Positions 34,122 to 36,304 of a stretch of DNA of 36,304 nt are shown in pieces. A program made the position numbers and the translations under genes. The notes under the pieces are model-generated. The model saw nothing but the letters and a program-made list of their open reading frames with translations, was not told where the DNA came from and made no database searches. The DNA comes from a virus (taxonomy: Duplodnaviria > Caudoviricetes), in IMG/VR virus record IMGVR_UViG_3300025875_000771, positions 1-36,304 of that record; one strand, given 5' to 3'. The number at the start of each line of letters is the position of its first letter. Position 1 is the stretch's first letter.

Positions 34122-34378
34122 CAGCCGGCCTTCCTTGCTCGTGCGGGACGGGCGTCCCGGATTGCGTTCGCCGCTGCGTCGGTGAGGCCCCACTGCGTTG
34201 CCTCGACACCGACCACGTGCTCGCGGTAGTAGGCGTCGAGCGCCTCCTCGGCGAACACCAGGTCGCGGCCGACCTTCGCGTGCTCGATCTGCTTCTTGCG
34301 GGCCGCCTGCTGAAGGGTCGTCAGCTTCTTGAGCCGCAACTTCGCCGTGGCCTCTTCGAGGTTGTAGTAGACGGTCAC
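34121..34378 (-). CDS. Excisionase-like HTH DNA-binding protein
   Basis: YNLEEA...L....TL......I...KVGR...F.EE.LD.Y pattern; follows cro. Confidence 0.7.
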   Translation of the reverse strand: MTVYYNLEEATAKLRLKKLTTLQQAARKKQIEHAKVGRDLVFAEEALDAYYREHVVGVEATQWGLTDAAANAIRDARPARARKAG

Positions 34379-34623
34379 GCCGACACCGCCTGGTCTTCAT
34401 CGGACGCGATGAGGATCGCCTCGACCGGCACATCAAGGGCGTCCGCGATGCGGTGCAGCTCCTTGAGCGTGAAGTTCTCCGGCGCTACTTCCAGCCGGCG
34501 GCGCAGCGTCGAGTACGGGATACCCGTCCGATCCGCCAGCCACTGAGTGCTGCGCCCCGCCTGCTTGCGGAGTTCCTGAACTCGATCCCGGAGTTCAGCA
34601 TCTCCCGCTCCTTGATTGCCCAT
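34375..34623 (-). CDS. Cro-like XRE HTH regulator
   Basis: STQWLADRTGIPYSTLRRRL HTH; divergent from repressor. Confidence 0.85.
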   Translation of the reverse strand: MGNQGAGDAELRDRVQELRKQAGRSTQWLADRTGIPYSTLRRRLEVAPENFTLKELHRIADALDVPVEAILIASDEDQAVSA

Positions 34624-34737
34624 ATGAGCAACATAGGCTCCCGTCCGGGAGGTCGCAACGGCGGCGCGCCGTGTCGTGACGCCCCAACTGGGTTATTTAT
34701 TTGCCCCCGTTGGCGATACAGTTGCCAACGTGGAACT
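34616..34737. promoter_or_regulatory. Array of putative 16-bp operators (core CCC-N4-GGG)
   Basis: Sites starting at 34616, 34637, 34680, 34701, 34722. Confidence 0.55.
34630..34658 (-). promoter_or_regulatory. Early lytic promoter TTGCGA-N17-TATGTT, leaderless cro
   Basis: Hexamers at 34658-34653 and 34635-34630; ATG 6 nt downstream. Confidence 0.75.
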
Positions 34738-34987
34738 AAATGACGCCGAGCGCGCGGAGCAATACCAGGACGCGGTCCTAGGGCAACTCAACGCCGAGAT
34801 GAGCGCCAAGGGGTACAACGTCAAAACGCTCGCCGCGGCAGTCGGCAAGGACTACAACACCTTCCGGCGGTGGATGAATGGGGAGCGCGAGATCCCCATA
34901 CGCATGCTGTGGCGCACCATTGCGGCACTAGGCGTCCCGGCCGAGGTGTTCACCGATCGCGCTCGCAGGCGCTTAGAGCAGCGCTGA
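34730..34987 (+). CDS. Immunity repressor, XRE HTH (no peptidase domain)
   Basis: NVKTLAAAVGKDYNTFRRWMNGER HTH; likely leaderless GTG at 34730, 7 nt after TACAGT (34717-34722). Confidence 0.85.
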   Translation: MELNDAERAEQYQDAVLGQLNAEMSAKGYNVKTLAAAVGKDYNTFRRWMNGEREIPIRMLWRTIAALGVPAEVFTDRARRRLEQR

Positions 34988-35078
34988 GCAGCAGGAAGAA
35001 ACTCACCTCACATGCGACCGCTACCGCCGCGACCTGTTGAAGGGTGCAAGCCCCTGCAACATCGTCCACTCTGACCAT
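34950..35078 (-). CDS. Unannotated 42-aa ORF, candidate antirepressor: MVRVDDVAGACTLQQVAAVAVACEVSFFLLLSAALSACERDR
   Basis: Hand translation; ATG 7 nt after TATGTT; resembles XRE C-terminal helices. Confidence 0.6.
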   Translation of the reverse strand: MVRVDDVAGACTLQQVAAVAVACEVSFFLLLSAALSACERDR

Positions 35079-35082
35079 GCAA

Positions 35083-35098
35083 TCGAACATACCTTCGA
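35083..35098. promoter_or_regulatory. LexA SOS box TCGAAC-ATAC-CTTCGA
   Basis: 11/12 match to the actinobacterial consensus TCGAAC-N4-GTTCGA. Confidence 0.7.
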
Positions 35099-35107
35099 CC
35101 GCCGACA
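35086..35107 (-). promoter_or_regulatory. PafBC-type (RecA-NDp) DNA-damage promoter TGTCGG-N10-TATGTT
   Basis: Exact fit to TGTCGG-N10-TA-N3-T: TGTCGG 35107-35102, TATGTT 35091-35086. Confidence 0.7.
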
Positions 35108-36304
35108 TCAGGTAGCGATCGACAGCTTCCGGTCGAAGGCGTCCGCCGCGGTGAACATCATGTCCGGGGCGAGGTGTCCGTAGGTGTCCACCGTGGTGGT
35201 GATCGACTCGTGCCCGAGACGCCTCTGCACGACGTTCAATGGCACCCCGTCATTGATCAGCCATGACGCGTGGGTGTGGCGCAGGTCATGCACTCTTGGC
35301 CACTTCCGTATCGGGTGCATCACTGGGGGGCGCTTCCAGTCCGTGTCGTGGACGGCGGCCTTCTCCTCCCCGTCCGCGCCCACGAAAGGCTGTTTCCCGT
35401 TCGCCAGCCGCCGCGCCGGCTCCCACGTGTTGGCGTAGAACTTTGGTTGACGGACCGGCCCGCCGTGCATGTTCTCGAACACCCATTCCCGGTCCGAGTC
35501 CACCAGGGGGCGCAGCAGCGGGATGAGCGACAAGGGCAGCGAAATGGTCCGCCGTGATCGGGCCGTCTTCGGGGGCCCGATGTACCAGCCCTTCGCCTGC
35601 GACGACTTCCACGCCCGCGAGATCCGAACCGTGCGCGCGTCAAGGTCAAAGTCGGCGGGGCGTAGAGCTGTCGCCTCCCCGAAGCGGCACCCTGTCGCGG
35701 CGAGGAAGCGCACGAGGGGCCTCCAGAACTCCGGGATGCACGAGTAGAGGGTCTCGAACTCTGCGGGCGAGAGGAACACCATCTCTCTCTGCTCCGAGCT
35801 GGGCAGACGGGTGCGGGCGCACGGGTTCTTGGCGATCAGACCGTCGTTGACCGCCGACTGGAACATGGCGGACAGGAACCCGTGGCGGTTCTTGACTGTC
35901 TTCGCCGCATACCTTTCGTCCACCTGCGAGTTGATCCAGGTGGCAATGCGCTCTGGCAGGACGGCGTCGATGGGGAGCTCGCCCATGACGGGGTTGATCG
36001 ACACGCGCAAGTAGAGCCGATAGTGATCGAGGGTCTTCCCTTCGACCCCGGACTTCGACGCAATGTACCTTTCCGCGTACTCGGCAACCGTGGGGAGATT
36101 GCCCATATCGATCCTCAGCAGCTTGAGCGCTTCATCGGGGCCGACTTGCCGGAGTATCCGGGCCCACCTTTCGGCACCGGTTGCCCCATCGAAGGAAGTT
36201 GTGCGCGACCGCCCGTCATGCCGGTATCTGACGTCGTGGGCGATCGTGCCGTCGGCCCTTGGGCGTAGTCGGATGGAGGCGGAGAAGGTGGGTTTTGCGG
36301 GCAC
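35108..36304 (-). CDS. int: Tyrosine integrase
   Basis: TGCRFGE (R), PKT (K), HDLRH (HxxR), LGH, DTYGH (Y) catalytic residues. Confidence 0.96.
   Translation of the reverse strand: MPAKPTFSASIRLRPRADGTIAHDVRYRHDGRSRTTSFDGATGAERWARILRQVGPDEALKLLRIDMGNLPTVAEYAERYIASKSGVEGKTLDHYRLYLRVSINPVMGELPIDAVLPERIATWINSQVDERYAAKTVKNRHGFLSAMFQSAVNDGLIAKNPCARTRLPSSEQREMVFLSPAEFETLYSCIPEFWRPLVRFLAATGCRFGEATALRPADFDLDARTVRISRAWKSSQAKGWYIGPPKTARSRRTISLPLSLIPLLRPLVDSDREWVFENMHGGPVRQPKFYANTWEPARRLANGKQPFVGADGEEKAAVHDTDWKRPPVMHPIRKWPRVHDLRHTHASWLINDGVPLNVVQRRLGHESITTTVDTYGHLAPDMMFTAADAFDRKLSIAT

Larger units (their letters stand above)
1..36304 (-). mobile_element. Temperate siphovirus-type prophage/phage genome of an actinobacterium (near complete, att ends outside window)
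   Basis: Colinear integrase, repressor/cro, recombination/replication, packaging, head, tail and lysis modules; many ATGA/GTGA/TGATG gene overlaps. Confidence 0.97.

Noticed and set aside
34676-34729. Longer N-terminus of repressor from the ORF track (start 34676)
   Set aside because: It runs through the operator/promoter region; GTG 34730 sits 7 nt after a -10-like TACAGT
1-36304. tRNA genes, att core repeats, reverse transcriptase/DGR, IS elements
   Set aside because: No cloverleaf, terminal direct repeat, RT motif, TR/VR pair or transposase was seen by eye; tRNAscan and a self-dotplot would be needed to exclude them fully

Overview
The whole window is one temperate siphovirus-type (pro)phage of a high-GC actinobacterium. 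It has no LysB, which fits a non-mycolate host such as Microbacteriaceae (inference). Almost all genes are on the - strand. Read from the right end: tyrosine integrase, XRE repressor (+) / Cro (-) switch, excisionase-like HTH, many small coupled early genes, RusA, YqaJ exonuclease, NUMOD4-HNH, N4/N6 DNA methyltransferase, replication initiator with internal repeats, SSB, Zn-finger late-regulator candidate, HNHs, terminase, portal, head, tail (GGGAAAA frameshift), tape measure, tail tip with an SGNH esterase, GH25 endolysin and three membrane lysis genes. No att site is visible because the window ends at the int start. The best unexplained signal lies in the 120 bp between int and the repressor. 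There, an exact PafBC/RecA-NDp-type promoter (TGTCGG-N10-TA-N3-T) is overlapped by a LexA SOS box. It would drive an unannotated leaderless 42-aa ORF that resembles the C-terminal helices of the phage's own XRE proteins, making a candidate doubly DNA-damage-gated mini-antirepressor switch. Other leads are a structured antisense RNA upstream of the replication gene, an orphan MbcA/ParS/Xre-like antitoxin domain, an opposite-strand lipoprotein moron in the tail operon, and several RBS-occluding RNA structures. All family names come from motif recognition by eye, not database searches.
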